Shown here piece after piece: positions 1-13,022 of a stretch of DNA of 64,000 bases (positions are counted from its first letter, which is position 1; each line of letters begins with the position of its first letter). The notes below the pieces were generated by a model. That model was not told the origin of the DNA. It saw only the letters and a list, made by a program, of their open reading frames with translations, and ran no database searches. This DNA is from Lingula anatina (taxonomy: Eukaryota > Animalia > Brachiopoda). The translations under genes and the position numbers were made by a program. Location of the stretch: contig CM120647.1 of the NCBI GenBank assembly GCA_051362555.1, positions 14,670,651 through 14,734,650 on the forward strand, written 5' to 3'.

Positions 1-1321
1 ATGATGACGTTGCGTGAAATCACTTCAACAAATACTGAACGCTGGTATAGTAAGCTTCAGGAGTGCTATTATACCTTTGTATACTAGACAAAGGTCGCGT
101 ATTTGAAGAGGCGTTTTGTCTAGACAAATATCGGATTTTTAGGCACCTATCTTTTATTCATGCATTTGTTGAAATGTATTGGCTATTAGGTTGTCAAGTG
201 GTAGAATTTTACAACTGACGCCAGAGAAAACCTCACTGTTGTTCTTTTCCACGTTCTAAATCCAACGGGGTCAATCAACCTTTTAAAACATTTAACTGCT
301 TTTTTATGATTTAAATACATTTTACTGCAGGCTTTGCCTTGAGAGAAATGTCGTTTTTTAAACCAACTTAACAACTTTGCCTCGCTTTAGGTCATTTACA
401 ATAAAAATTATTTTTGGATTTACATGTATGCAAAACACGAATGACTTTTTTCACCGTGGCTCTTACAGTGTATAAGGTACAGGTATTGCCGTCAAGATTG
501 CAGAAAAAGCCTTAAAACTGGAGGTAGTAAATTTTTCAGATGTAGATAGGAAGGATATTATTCATTTTTTGCATTAATTGTATACAAAGGAAGTGCAACT
601 GTTCTTTCATTTTGCGTTGAAGTTGTTTGAATGGTGCCTCTTTTTCAAGAGCTCTTTTTTTACGATCCTTACTTCATTACGGACCAACGACTGGTTTGTG
701 ATACACGTGTCGAAAAGCTGATAGCTTTGTTTCTTGTACCATAACTTTGAACACATGAATTTATGATAAATGACGTAACGCACTCAACAATGCCATTATC
801 ACTTGCTGCCAATACCCAGATGTAACTACATGACTAAATGGCACTAAGGATAATTATGTTAGTATGCCATTGTATCCCTCTAAAGAGAATTATGAAGCCG
901 ACATTCGCCTGCACGTTTTTAATAACACTCATACAACAATTGTGTTTATTAGAAAATGTCGTGATTTAAGGTCCGAGGAAGTCAACTTGATGATGGAAAG
1001 AGTGGGCGGTGGTTTTTCTCTGAAACGTTCCATGGTAGCGATACCTTAAGGTAGAGTACAGTTGAACGTCGATTATATAATGGTGCCGATGCATTAGGTC
1101 CCAATGGTAGGGTTGAGGTAAACGAATTTATGTGGCAAGTGGGTGTTGTTAAGATAAGATAATAATTTATTAAAACAATAAAATACAAATGCATAAAATC
1201 GGGGATATTTTGCCCTGTGATTGCGCCATTGTTGAAAAAACTTTGACAATGTTATAAAATTAAATTACGTATTAGTGCTAAAATAGTCACTGCTGAAGGA
1301 TAAAAGCTAGATAAAATCGCT

Positions 1322-2597
1322 TACTACCCTTAGAAACTAAAAGCTTCGAGATACTGGTTAAAATTTGAATAGGGTGTGAGGTGGATCAGTCATGACGGAA
1401 GCTGTTTTATTTTGAACCCTATCGAGAGAAATGGAATTGATGGAGGTAAGATCCGTTCCAGTTACATTACCTGCAGTTTCGGCAGTCTTTTCAAGTTGAT
1501 TTGTATCCTCTACAGTTGCACGCCCATACCAAACAGTTACTGCAAAGGTTAAAATACTGTAAAAAAACACCTATAAAAGTTCGTTAAAATAGACACATTC
1601 CTGGCAAAAGCTTTCAATTTCCTAAGTCCTTCTTCAATACTTTCGTGGTGTTCTCACTCCAGGTTAGTCTCTTGTTCAGTTGGATACCAAGTAATTTATG
1701 TTCACAGACCTGTTTGACAGTTTTGCCGTTAATTTCAATGGGGCTTTCACAATTCTGATGTCTTCTGTAGTCTACAATAATTTCTATTGTTTTGCTCACA
1801 TTCAGTATCAAGTCATTGTCTGTACACCAATTTACTAAAGTTGTCACCGACTGCCTGTACGAATTAAGTCTCATCATTGTTATGTATCAGGCTGACTACG
1901 GTTGTGTCATCGGCGAACTTCATTAGAAATGTGTTTTCTTCCCTTGCCACACAATCGTGGGTGAATAATGTACTGTATATAAACAAGGCAATAAGAACCA
2001 GTTCTGCCAGTTTTTAAATTCGTTGTATCCGGAAAGTTCAAACCAACCTTTACTGACTGTTTTTTATTCAGAATAACACCTAAAACCCAATCACAGAGTG
2101 CTGGTGGAAATTTTAAAACCCTCAAATCATTCAAAAATTTAAATACAGTTTGTTTGGAATATCATGGTATTAAATGCTGAGCTATAACAAAGAAAAATCT
2201 ATCATAGGCATTTTTACAATTGAGATGCTGGAAAACTTTGTGTAGACACTTGGAAAGAGCGCCATCTACACATCTGTCACCACCGTTGGCAAATTGGAAT
2301 GTTTTCAAAGCTGTTTGGCACTAGGATTTTAATAACAGACAGAACATGTTTTTCCAATATCTTCACAGTCACCGGTGTAAGGGCAACAGGACGTAGATCA
2401 TTTAAATTCTCTTCAGTTTTAGTCTTTAGCACAGGTATAATGGTAGCTGTCTTTCACATGTCAGGCACTTTGCACATTTCTATTGGCCAGTTAAAAATAT
2501 CAGCGAACACCTCCGATAGCTGGCCTGCACTTTCCTTGAATAGTCTTTATGATATTCCGTCCGGACCTGGGGCTTTATGGATGTTTAAGGTCAAGGA
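1322..2597 (-). mobile_element. Degenerate non-LTR retrotransposon (Rex1/Babar-CR1 group) reverse transcriptase fragment, 5'-truncated, with frameshifts and stops
   Basis: Minus-strand translations across frames give KAPGPDGI, LNDLRPVALTPVTVKILEK, SSAFNT, MKFADD (gtcatcggcgaacttcat at ~1906-1923), LVNWCTDNDLILNVSKT..IVDYRR and YSILTFAVTVWYG, all typical of LINE ORF2 RT. Boundaries approximate. Confidence 0.9.
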
Positions 2598-5500
2598 ATG
2601 ACACTTTAAGGTACATATGAACCGTGGATTCCCAGTAACATATATAAACCACTCCTACTAGTTTCTTATACGACTCAAATAAATTAGACTTGCCAAGGGA
2701 TAAACTGAATAAATCTCTCGGTCAGCCATAAAGGAGCTTTAAACTGCTCCTTTATTTAATTATTTGGTTGGAAATTTAACCTACTTTCGTGACCTACTTT
2801 TCTGCCCCATTGATATACAGCATAGAATGCCAGCAGAAAAATCCGTTCAAATATCGTTTTTTGAGTAAAATAAAACAATACCTTTTGGTAATTTTCTAAG
2901 TTATACAGGCACTACTTGAAACTGGATTTGGTTGACTTTTGTGGCAAAAAACTGACTTCATATGCATCTTTAACTTGCCATTATGTAAATGATGGCTCGT
3001 GCGCTTCTAGGGTGGGTGTGGGAACAGGGGTGTGGTTGGTCCTCTCAAAAAAGGGGGTTAAACCCATTCAACTTGTTAGGGAGTGAGGAGTCCTCTGCAT
3101 CGACGGCACGTCTGGATCCCTTATATTGAGTGACAAGAGCAATGTGGTCCCAAAGATCCTTTGCATTATTGGACTGGGATTTCTGTTCGATTTTTGAATT
3201 AATATTTTTCTTTGTTTTTTTTTATAGCATTTTTAGTTCCAGTTCTGTTTTACGATATGCTGCAGCATTAGTTTGTTTCTTTCTCTCATGCGAACTTACA
3301 TTTACGCTTTTTGTCTAGCGATGGCTTTCCTATTAACCTGTAGAGAGACAATGAAAATGTTTTGCCTACAAGAAGTGAACATGCATAGTAGGAAAAAAAT
3401 CTGTTTGTATGCAAATGTTCCAGACAGCAGGAATAGGATAAGGACATGACATCAATCGCGACTGTTCAGCATCAAATTGCTCAAATCTGGGAATAAGAGC
3501 ATTAAAGGAATACGTTGAAAATGCGACCCAAATTCCCCCACCTTTTCTCAAGGGGTAACGATAATTGATTATTTGGCTAAACAATAATGAAACATAAATG
3601 GACTGAGGTATAGAGCATGTGATCGGTGATGTGAGGAGGTGTCGGCTGTACATGTCGGAGGTGTGTATATACGGTATATAAATGGATGTCAGCTAGGCCG
3701 GCGGTATATACTCGTAGACAGACACTGCTCATTCTGCTTCACCCAGACACTTTCCGGTGTATACAGCGCAGGGCATATTTTAGTAGATTGCATGGTCAAA
3801 ACTGTTATGACCAATGAGGATGCCCACTGGATGCAATTTAAAACATATTTTATGCTTGCAGTTACGTGTTTCATGGATACTGACGGCATTGTTTGACTAA
3901 GAGGAATTTATATACACAGAGAGGTTAACTACACGTTAAACCCCGGACCTATTTTATACTGAGGGGTGCATAATACGTAACATCGTTTTATTGCTTAATA
4001 TTGCAGTAATTGAAATACCCTCCATACGAAAGGTTGATCCGTCGCTGCAAGAACTCACAGGGCGGCAGTGTTTTATTTCTTCCAAGAAAAACGCAGTGCA
4101 TCCATTATGAACGGGACACACAGGCAGCTTAGCAGATGATGCTGCAGTAGTCTTAGAACGAATTCTTGCCATGAAATGGTTTCAGCGACAGTGGCAGGTA
4201 ATATTATGTCGATCTAGTGACACTTAAACTAGAAACGCCAAGAAATTGTGTTAAGTGGGAATGGACTAAAGCAAGGTGCAGAGTCCATCTGAAAATTAAA
4301 GGGTGTCAGACTTCTGGATAGAATATCAACGGTGAAAGCAATTTGGTAAATTGTCGTTTAGCTATCTTTTATTAATTAAGTAAGGAGACCCCGCCCAAGG
4401 GAATACTGCAAGGCATACAAAGAATACTTCATAGCACAAATGCATGTCTTGGGGCATAAGCAGCTTTATACCTCCTTAAATCTCGAGGAAAGTGAGTTCA
4501 TGAAAAGGAAATATCCAATTTAAAGGAAATTGCCCCTCTGGCATCCTTTTCCAAAAAAAAAAAAAAAATGCTAAAATACCGTTGCGAATAGACCATTACA
4601 CTTTGCAGAGTTTTCGCGGAAATCATAGCATCAGATACTGGCATGGAATTGTGATTGTCACATGAGGATAAAGAGTATTGATGTTTTGATGGCCGATCTG
4701 AAGATTTCTACTGGAGTACCGGGATGCTGCCAAGAAACAAAACTAAAATTTAGACCGCAGAAGACAGAGCCACTCTAATAGTCGATAGAACGCACTCACT
4801 CAGTTATTTTTCTGTCGTGGATGGGGAAAATATGACCAGAAAACATTTGGCACCTTAACTGACATGGGTAAAAAACCTACAGAGGTGACTTTACACACGA
4901 ATTCAATAGCCCAGTTTCTAGGACTAAGTTTCTAGGATTTGTCAAGGAGGTAGGAGAAGAATGTTTGAAAGCAATACTTTGTGGTGGAATACACCACTTA
5001 TCACTGACAGACTATTTTTAGGTGATTTCGTGTTGGCCCACTGTTGGACGTGGTAGATGTGATAACGGAAGCCGTAGTAATCAATAAGTTAGCAACGTAG
5101 TTTAGAAAGGTTTGCTTTTGTTCTTCAAGATTTCATTGAGAGCTGTGATTTGGAATTAATGGCTAAGATAGGCGCGTCGCTGTTTATTCTCGCTCACGTT
5201 TTCGTATCTTATGCCAACCAGTAAAATGATACAGTAAGTATATAGGGGATGCTAATATCGTGGCACATAGCAGCATGCACAGCATCTCGAACGTCTCAAT
5301 ACTTAATCAGCGGAGTGGGCCGGGGGCGTTCTCTGTTGGCAGTCGTTTATATCACGGACGCTGAAGTAAATGGGTTAATAACTTAAAAGGATCGAGCGAG
5401 AAGAACTACATACATATGCTGGTACAGGCATACAAACAAGCTAACGCTTTCACTGACATCAGCAACATCAGCAACTATAAGACATACAGCATCTAATGAA

Positions 5501-6664
5501 GGAGACAGCAATTAAAACCAAACTCATCAAAACAGTCACGGGAACACAGCGCTCTGGACCGACGATTCTGTGAATTGCAAAGAGTGGGAATATATTTTTC
5601 TACGGAAAAAAAGGCCACAAATACTGTTGCATATTTTTGTTTAGTCACATGTAGGAATTGTGTTGGGTTATTAAATCCGACGGACTATGAACCAAATAGT
5701 TATAACTCTCTGCCCTTATCTTAATGCATATTTGATTGTTGTAGAAATCACTGCTTGTATACGCAATCGCTTCATTTCTAGAAACATTGGTTACTCTATT
5801 GATATGCAGATCAAGCTCAGATACATTTGTAAATAGCTTTCCACGATTGAAAGCAACTTCTGAGATCAAGTTTGATGACCAAAAACTGCCTTGTAACGTT
5901 TCATTCGCCTTGTGCGAAAATAACAATTCACCACAGCTGGGCGGAACAAGTAGGAGAGGGAAATCGGCGTCACGTATGCGGCTTAAAAAGGAACAATCGT
6001 GACAGAATCATGTTCTGATTTTATAAGAATAACGAGGAGAACAACGAAGGTAATTATCGTTTCGTGTTATACCTGTGACTATTATTAGTGTCAGTGAACC
6101 CATTAGGCCCGTGTTTTGAAAAAGTCGGTGATGACGCATATTAAGGGGGGAAATGCACGCCTTTGGGCAACAAACATGCTAATAAAGGAAACAGAATCGT
6201 AACGGAATCAATGAAATAGGTGGTATTTATATTCATTGCATTATTATTCTAATTAAAACCCATTAATTATTATGGACGGATTCTAGGCAGAGGAACTGAG
6301 CACTGTACTGCAGTGTTACTCCACTCTTAGTGCGAATGTCCACAGTGGATTGACACTGAAACGTGATTTATTGAAATAGAATAACGATTACTGCGAACAT
6401 TTGCTACGTAGAGCCAGTGCCAGCGAGCAAGTGGATAAAAATACACAGAGCAAACAGCGCTTGTATTAGAACAGTGATCACACCGAAGGATGACATCTGG
6501 ATACCGCGTGCACGTGTTAGTTATTTTGCCACCAAGAATTACTGAAGGTGAACAAGGACGGATATAAAACCGAACGAATAGGACACAAGGAGCGCCGTGC
6601 CGAGTTCCAAAAGCAAACATGATGATAAATTCGCACATTTACGTTGATTGATACATTGGTCACC

Positions 6665-7723
6665 ATGGACGATATCGAAGCCAACTACTCTCTTCAGTTT
6701 ATCCCCAGCTGTGACAACGGAACCGAATTCCGCCTGACCGAGGCCTCTATTATCGGTCTCCCGGTCTTGCTCGGGTTGATCTTCGTAATCGGCCTCTTCG
6801 GAGATGCACTGGTGCTGTACATCGTACAGAAAAACAAACACATTAATATTCTGTTTTTTCACATCGCATTGGCGCACTTGCTTCTACTGTTGGTATGTAT
6901 TCCCGTGCTCTGCGTGCGCTACATCACGTCCTACGAAGTCGCCATCACGGACCCACTCTGCAAACTGGTGCACTTTTTAACGTACGTTGCCGTTGGGGTA
7001 AGCGTGAACTGCTTAGTTGGAATATGCCTGTTGAAGTACATTGCGATCACACATCCCGTTGACTGTATGATAACGAGTCGTCATGCAGTTATTCTGGCCT
7101 TCTTCATATGGGCCACCATAGGCTCGGCAAATGCACCGCTATTGTGGTACTACAAAGAAGCGGATGGCGACGTCTGCCGCCTAAACCCAGAACACGACTA
7201 CCAGTACCTGATTTTCATAGGCTTGACTTTTGGGTTAGACTTTGCCTTGCCGGTGTTGACAATTTGTTGCATCACTTTGGGGATAGCTATTCAGGTACAC
7301 CGCCAGGAGGTGCACGAAGGCAGTACAGCACTGAGGAGAACTAACAAACGCTTCATTCGGCTTGTTTTGAGCATCCTTCTCGTGTTCGTTCTTACGTGGG
7401 GACCCTTCCATCTCGCCTACCTACTTGCGATGTTTCGAGTTTATGACAATGCGTGTCCTAAAAACGCCGCTGTGTTTAATTTTGCCGTGGTTTTGGGCCT
7501 CTCAAACACGTGCCTGAATCCAATCGTGTATCACTTGGCTTCATTGGAGTTCCGCCAGGCGTTTTGGAACACGCTAAGGGCAATGCGAACAATGGGTCAA
7601 GCACCGACGGACCACGAGGCTGGGCTTGAGCTGAGGCCCCTTTCAGGCATATTCAGGCAGAATAATGCTAATGTGACGTCATACTCGTGTAGGTCACCAA
7701 CATCAACCACGTGCCCAGTGTGA
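6665..7723 (+). CDS. Intronless class A (rhodopsin-like) GPCR, peptide-receptor-like, with atypical activation motifs (paralogue A)
   Basis: 352-aa ORF from an ATG in strong Kozak context (gtcaccATGg); the ORF track starts at an upstream TTG. Seven hydrophobic segments, N-terminal sequons (NYS, NGT), TM3 Cys (LCKL) plus ECL2 Cys, TM5 FALP, TM6 TWGPFH, TM7 SNTCLNPIVY, helix 8 EFRQAF. Confidence 0.95.
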   Translation: MDDIEANYSLQFIPSCDNGTEFRLTEASIIGLPVLLGLIFVIGLFGDALVLYIVQKNKHINILFFHIALAHLLLLLVCIPVLCVRYITSYEVAITDPLCKLVHFLTYVAVGVSVNCLVGICLLKYIAITHPVDCMITSRHAVILAFFIWATIGSANAPLLWYYKEADGDVCRLNPEHDYQYLIFIGLTFGLDFALPVLTICCITLGIAIQVHRQEVHEGSTALRRTNKRFIRLVLSILLVFVLTWGPFHLAYLLAMFRVYDNACPKNAAVFNFAVVLGLSNTCLNPIVYHLASLEFRQAFWNTLRAMRTMGQAPTDHEAGLELRPLSGIFRQNNANVTSYSCRSPTSTTCPV

Positions 7724-7766
7724 AATATGATTGGTTCGAGCCTAAGAATGACGTCATATGACGTCA
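7674..7766. promoter_or_regulatory. Cluster of three perfect CRE/ATF palindromes (TGACGTCA)
   Basis: TGACGTCA at 7674-7681, 7749-7756 and 7759-7766; the last two form the 18-bp palindrome tgacgtcatatgacgtca. Function not demonstrated. Confidence 0.3.
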
Positions 7767-9108
7767 CATTGGAATTGTCCTACCTGAAAATGCATTAACA
7801 TGGGTTCAGTTTTACCATGCATATAGATGGAAAACCGTCGCTTTTGTTTGAAGTTGTCAGTAACTGTCTCTTTGATGGATAAGGATTGTTGAAGTAGTTT
7901 CATCCTAAGTGATTAACGCTATCTTTACTTACAACAACTTGTATCATAAATGCAGTAGTTTCCTTTAGTAATGAAACCGTGCAATACTTGTTATTTTTGG
8001 ACTGCACATGTTTTTACATTTACATGCATATATTGCTTAAATTTAGATGTTATTTAAAAGACATTGCTGTTATTAGTTGACAATGTATGACCATGGTACA
8101 CAAACGGTCAATAGAAATGTCACCCTTACCAATACTTTGGGGGAGATAAATGACTGTGGAATAATATGCTCCTGGTATCATTTTATTAACATCAAATTTC
8201 ACAAAAAAAAAAAAAAAAATGTAGACCAGGCATTATAACTACTCAAGATCTGCCTACTTTGATAATTGATTACTTGATTATTATTTGATTACTCTGATTC
8301 AGGAGGGTGACACTTCTATTGTCCATTGTGTGTACATGCAGATGTCAGAGTCGCTGTGTAAGTTATGTATACGACCGTGGTAAGACAACAGTTTCTTGGT
8401 CCAATAGAGTCGGGTACACGTTCACCCTTAGAGATATACACGCTCACCCTTCTCATTTTTTTTGTACTGCATGGTTTGTAATATTTACGATACACTGCAG
8501 TGGATGGAAGCTACTTCTTAATTAAGGCATAAACTTCCATGTAGTCAGGTACTCAATTGATATAATGAAGATTCACTGTTTCCTTTCTCGCAGCGTACGT
8601 GAGCTATAATATATTAATATATTGATAGGAAGACACATAAAATAAGATGACACTGAAACCTAATGAAATATTGGACCAGTACCGGAAGATATGATAGATG
8701 CAACATGTATCTCTTGTAAAACGTGTCCCTTTAATTAACGACTCTTTCACTTAAAATTATGACATGCATTTAAATATAAGTCTAAAATTAAACAGACAAA
8801 TGAAAAATTGCTGCGTTATAGGCTTACAGCTAGCAGTGCATGCTATAGTCCTGTACCACTCTTGTTTGATGGAATGACAGATTTTGCACCTAAGATTGCT
8901 GTAATCCAACCGTTTTACATATGACCCTGTACTAGGGCGACAGATTGATTTTCCACAGATATTCACAGATATGTCTCTAGATAAATAGACAGTCGTTTTG
9001 GTCTGATTCAGCCAAAAATGTCCACAATAATAACTGCGGACCTGGTAGAGGGTACGAGATAAGTGACATCATGGGTAACCAAAGCAATCCTAGCTTTATT
9101 GTTATTAG

Positions 9109-9448
9109 AGGGATAATAACTCTTCGTTTTGGCCCAAAAATGAATTTTCCTGGAGTAAACAACAATTGTCCCATACTTACCAATGGTTAATGAATCCAAT
9201 TTTTACATTCAAAGTTAGTCCCTGTTTTTTTATCTGAAAAGTTTTTTTTTTCTGTAATAATCTCGTGAGAGATTATAACAGAGTATAGCCATCAATGGAG
9301 GTCACGTGGTCTAAAAACAAGCTCAGATATCAGAATAATAGTTGTACCTGCCGTTTTTGTGGTACAACAGAATATATTATATTTCTATGAGTTGTTCACA
9401 ATGTTTTTATTGTGAAATGTAGATCTCATACGAAGAGTTATTATCCCT
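9109..9448. mobile_element. Non-autonomous TIR element (Kolobok-like MITE)
   Basis: 19-bp TIRs agggataataactcttcgt / acgaagagttattatccct, flanked by ttag and ttaa (TTAA-type target, purine-first termini). A second rearranged copy lies at 29078-29388. Confidence 0.8.
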
Positions 9449-11044
9449 TTAAATAATTCAAAGCCCCCCCCTTCTATTTACTTGCTGAAACAGAAACCCA
9501 GCCATACCATAGCAATGCCAATGACTCCATTACTGCCTTAGTTCTATGAAAATTGCACTGAAACTCAATCTGCATCATTTGTGCATATAAGAAGGTATTT
9601 AAGTGATGATAACACCATATTCATCAGTGCATTTAAGACTTAATTTGATAATTAAGGGATCATTTTATGACGCCTGAGTGCGATCAGACTGACGTGAGTG
9701 GCCTATAAAGTACTATAGATATGACATGTTGGTACTTTATCTCGTACTCATTATCACGTTTAAGCAGCTATTTCATACCAGTTACCAGTTTCAATGAATG
9801 CATATTGTCGGTAATTGCACATATGTTTGCCTTGAAACGATCTATTTAGGTTTTGATACCATTTTATCTCGTTTGTTATTCCAGAGGATCATTCACGCTT
9901 GCTTATAACTGCCTGGAAGGCAAAGTTGATAGTTTAGAATTAGAAAAAACCTGTAATTCAATGAAAACATCCACACAATTTTCAAGACGCCAAAGCAAGC
10001 AGCAGCCATTTCACTGTAAAATATTTGGCCAGAAGTCTACCGCAGTCAAAAGTGTCACAAAGTGTCTCTAGCTTACAACTCGAGCACGATGCGACATTGC
10101 CTCAAAAATAAACTTGGCAAGTGACAGACTATGGGAATATAAGATCCGTTTTACAAAGCTCTAAACGGTTTTAATCAGGCGGTAGCTTTGTTTGTAAGAC
10201 GTTTATAAAGTAGATTTATATTGCAACAACGTTCGGGATTAATCTTCAAATGAGGCGAACCCTCGACTTCGGATCCCTGTGGCGAAATTGCCCAGGGACC
10301 TTAGCTCTGCAAAGAAATATGAGATGATGAATAAAACAGAACTGCTTTATTCCTATAGCCCCTATTGATGAATGTGGATTTGCATGAAACCATGTCCTAG
10401 GGCTATCAACAACTTAGCTTCATTTTGTCTGCTAGCCATCAGCGCTAGCCGATTTTAATTAACGCCTTAAAGACATGAAGAGGCATTGAAACATATGTGA
10501 GTTTGACATACAGGAAACAAACGGCATTGAATTTGGCGTGGTTTGATATGTATCTGCATTATTAGTCATGGAGTCATGGTGAAGTGCGTCATCAATTTAA
10601 ATCCGCCGATTGAACTTCTTATCAATTTCCTGTGCAGTTCTTCTGTTGGTTATCTAGATTCTTTTCCAATATTTTAATGGTGAAAATTCATATCATGTAG
10701 AACTTTGATTTGAACAATATCCATGCAACTGCCAGTAAGTTTTTGATATTTGGAAGCACAAAAAAGCAACACATTCGTAAGGTCTCGGCTCTTCATAATA
10801 TACCACGTCTATCGGACATTTGCCCAAAAAGTCTGAGATACCAATGTAATTCACTTGAGATAAATCTTGATTAGGAAATTTACGATCATTTATAAGGATT
10901 ACTCTTTGTTAAATGAAAACTGGAAAGAGAACGACGCGTGTCTGAATGTAATGAGAAATATTTATGGTACTCCTGTTTTTTTAATCTTGTTAACACTGAA
11001 AGCACGCGATTTTGACATTAGCTAATATCGGTATATATAATATC

Positions 11045-11046
<2 letters not shown>

Positions 11047-11087
<41 letters not shown>
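11047..11087. repeat. (TA)n microsatellite
   Basis: About 20 TA units, preceded by a short duplicated taatatcggtatata. Confidence 0.95.
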
Positions 11088-11090
<3 letters not shown>

Positions 11091-12427
11091 CATAACGGAT
11101 ATAAAACCAACCCCTTGATATACTTGAAATGAACACACCATATTGTAACGTTAATGTCATTTTACGTTAAAGATACTGCAGATCATGCATATTTGGTATT
11201 GATCATTTTTACCTTATGAAGACGGTTCATCTCAACCACATTAAATGCATTTAAATACAAGGCACATATCTTACTGCAAACATTCTAAATGTCATTATGT
11301 GCGTGTAAGTAAAATGCCACGAAAATGTAGGAACAATTAAATTCAACTTCTAGCGCATGTGCAAACGCTGGCAATTCATGGTATCAATCATTGCTCTTGT
11401 TTTCCGGAGTCATTTCAGACAGTGATTGGGATCAGACTGGATCAAGAAATCCAGAGATAAGATGTAGATTTATTTAGTCAATACACATACATATTTGTTT
11501 GGCCAATAAATATACAATAACGGGAATTTATTACCCCTTCGTTAGCAAAGAAGTTGGGTAAAAGATAAAAGATATAGAACCTTTATAAAACCATGATTAG
11601 GCAAAATCTCAATTTTGAGGGTTGTGGGGGGGGGGGGAGCGGCTCACAAGGAAAACGGTATCTGCTAAAAAACTGCAACAAAGGGGGCTACAGTAATTAC
11701 CTGGATTTGTCGGCGACCATATGCTATCAGCTACATGAATTTGTAACATTAATAATGCTAATAAAGATAACAGTTACACTGGTTTAACCTTTGATTTTTT
11801 TCAATTTGATAGTGAATACCTTTTGAAATCGATGTATGTACAGTTTTAGGTCGAAATGCTTTTCGAAGCATAACTTTAAATCTAATTGCTTTCAAAACAG
11901 TTTTAACATCCCCATACAACCCTTAGAAACTAATGTTTACATACACTTAAAGAGATACATATGTTGAAAGACAGACTACAGGTAACAACAACCTGTGACC
12001 TGACAACTACATGTAGATTACTGGTATGTATACCGTTCATATGCTCATTTAGCCCGTTTACACTGTCATTTAAAAACCTTTTTTTTTCTTAATTCGATTC
12101 ACTGGTTTGTTCACACACGCTAAGCGAAACCAAATCCCACGTTGAAAAGTTCCAGGTTCAACTTCCTGTTTTGAACACTCACGCATGCGTCGCACAGGAA
12201 AACTCAAAATACAAAACAAAAATATGGCGCCATTTACGGCTCTAATCGTACTCAGCTTCTGCCTTCTGCTTTTATTTTTGACAGCAAGTGCAACTCAAAA
12301 GATATGCTCATAGTACCGTATAGCTTACAAAAAGCCCAAAGATTACTTATTAGAAACATCCGTCATTATGAATAGTGCAGTCATTTTTGTTTTCGGTAGC
12401 CATTTCTTGCGTGCGGTCATCGTGGTT

Positions 12428-12699
12428 TATTTCCAGATAAAAGCATTATTGTACTTCTGTCTATTAACCCACTGCTTATCTATGGTTATTAATGCTTTAA
12501 AAAGCTCTTATATTGCTGGCTAATTTAGTCGCTAATGGATGATTCGTGTAGGTGATGGGTATTTCCAGATCAAAGCATTATTGTACTTCTGTCTATTAAC
12601 CCGCTGTTTATCTATGGTTATTGATACTTTAAAAAAGCTCTAATATGGCTGTAAGATGGTTGATTTAGTCTCTAGTGGTTGATCCGTGTGGGTGATGGG
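12428..12699. repeat. Diverged tandem duplication, two units of ~132-140 bp
   Basis: tatttccagat(a/c)aaagcattattgtacttctgtctattaaccc...ggtgatggg starts at 12428 and again at 12560. Confidence 0.9.
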
Positions 12700-12779
12700 T
12701 GGATTAACACGAACGTCACATTGTTAATGTGTTCAGTTGTGCTGAACCACATATTTCCCTGCACGCAACATAATGTGTT

Positions 12780-13022
12780 TAGCCTAGGTCCCAACCGAAC
12801 GTACGGGCTATTACGTGTGGTCTACGGCCAAAAAAATGGGGAAAACGTGGGAGTTCGTGCCTGAGGAGCACGTCCATCGTGCGACTTTTGGAGGACGCAA
12901 ACAGCACGTAGAAACTTTTCACCAATTACTTGATTCCTTCCCTTTGATCTATCTAGCTACGTCCTAGCCGGACGCAAGGAACCTAAAAACCGTGCGTCCA
13001 AAACGTAGTTGGGACCTAGGCT
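12780..13022. mobile_element. MITE with 15-bp TIRs (possibly Academ-like, TAG-type terminus)
   Basis: agcctaggtcccaac at 12781-12795 and gttgggacctaggct at 13008-13022; GC-richer interior. Confidence 0.7.

Noticed and set aside
2728-2755. 10-bp stem hairpin ataaaggagc/gctcctttat resembling a terminator
   Set aside because: Rho-independent terminators do not apply here; short stems arise by chance or from transposon remnants
5159-5224. Short hydrophobic ORF MAKIGASLFILAHVFVSYANQ upstream of paralogue A
   Set aside because: Stops before the nearby gtaagt donor; no supporting evidence
6539-7344. Antisense and alternative-frame ORFs over paralogue A (likewise 55234-56468 over paralogue B)
   Set aside because: Shadow ORFs of GC-richer coding sequence
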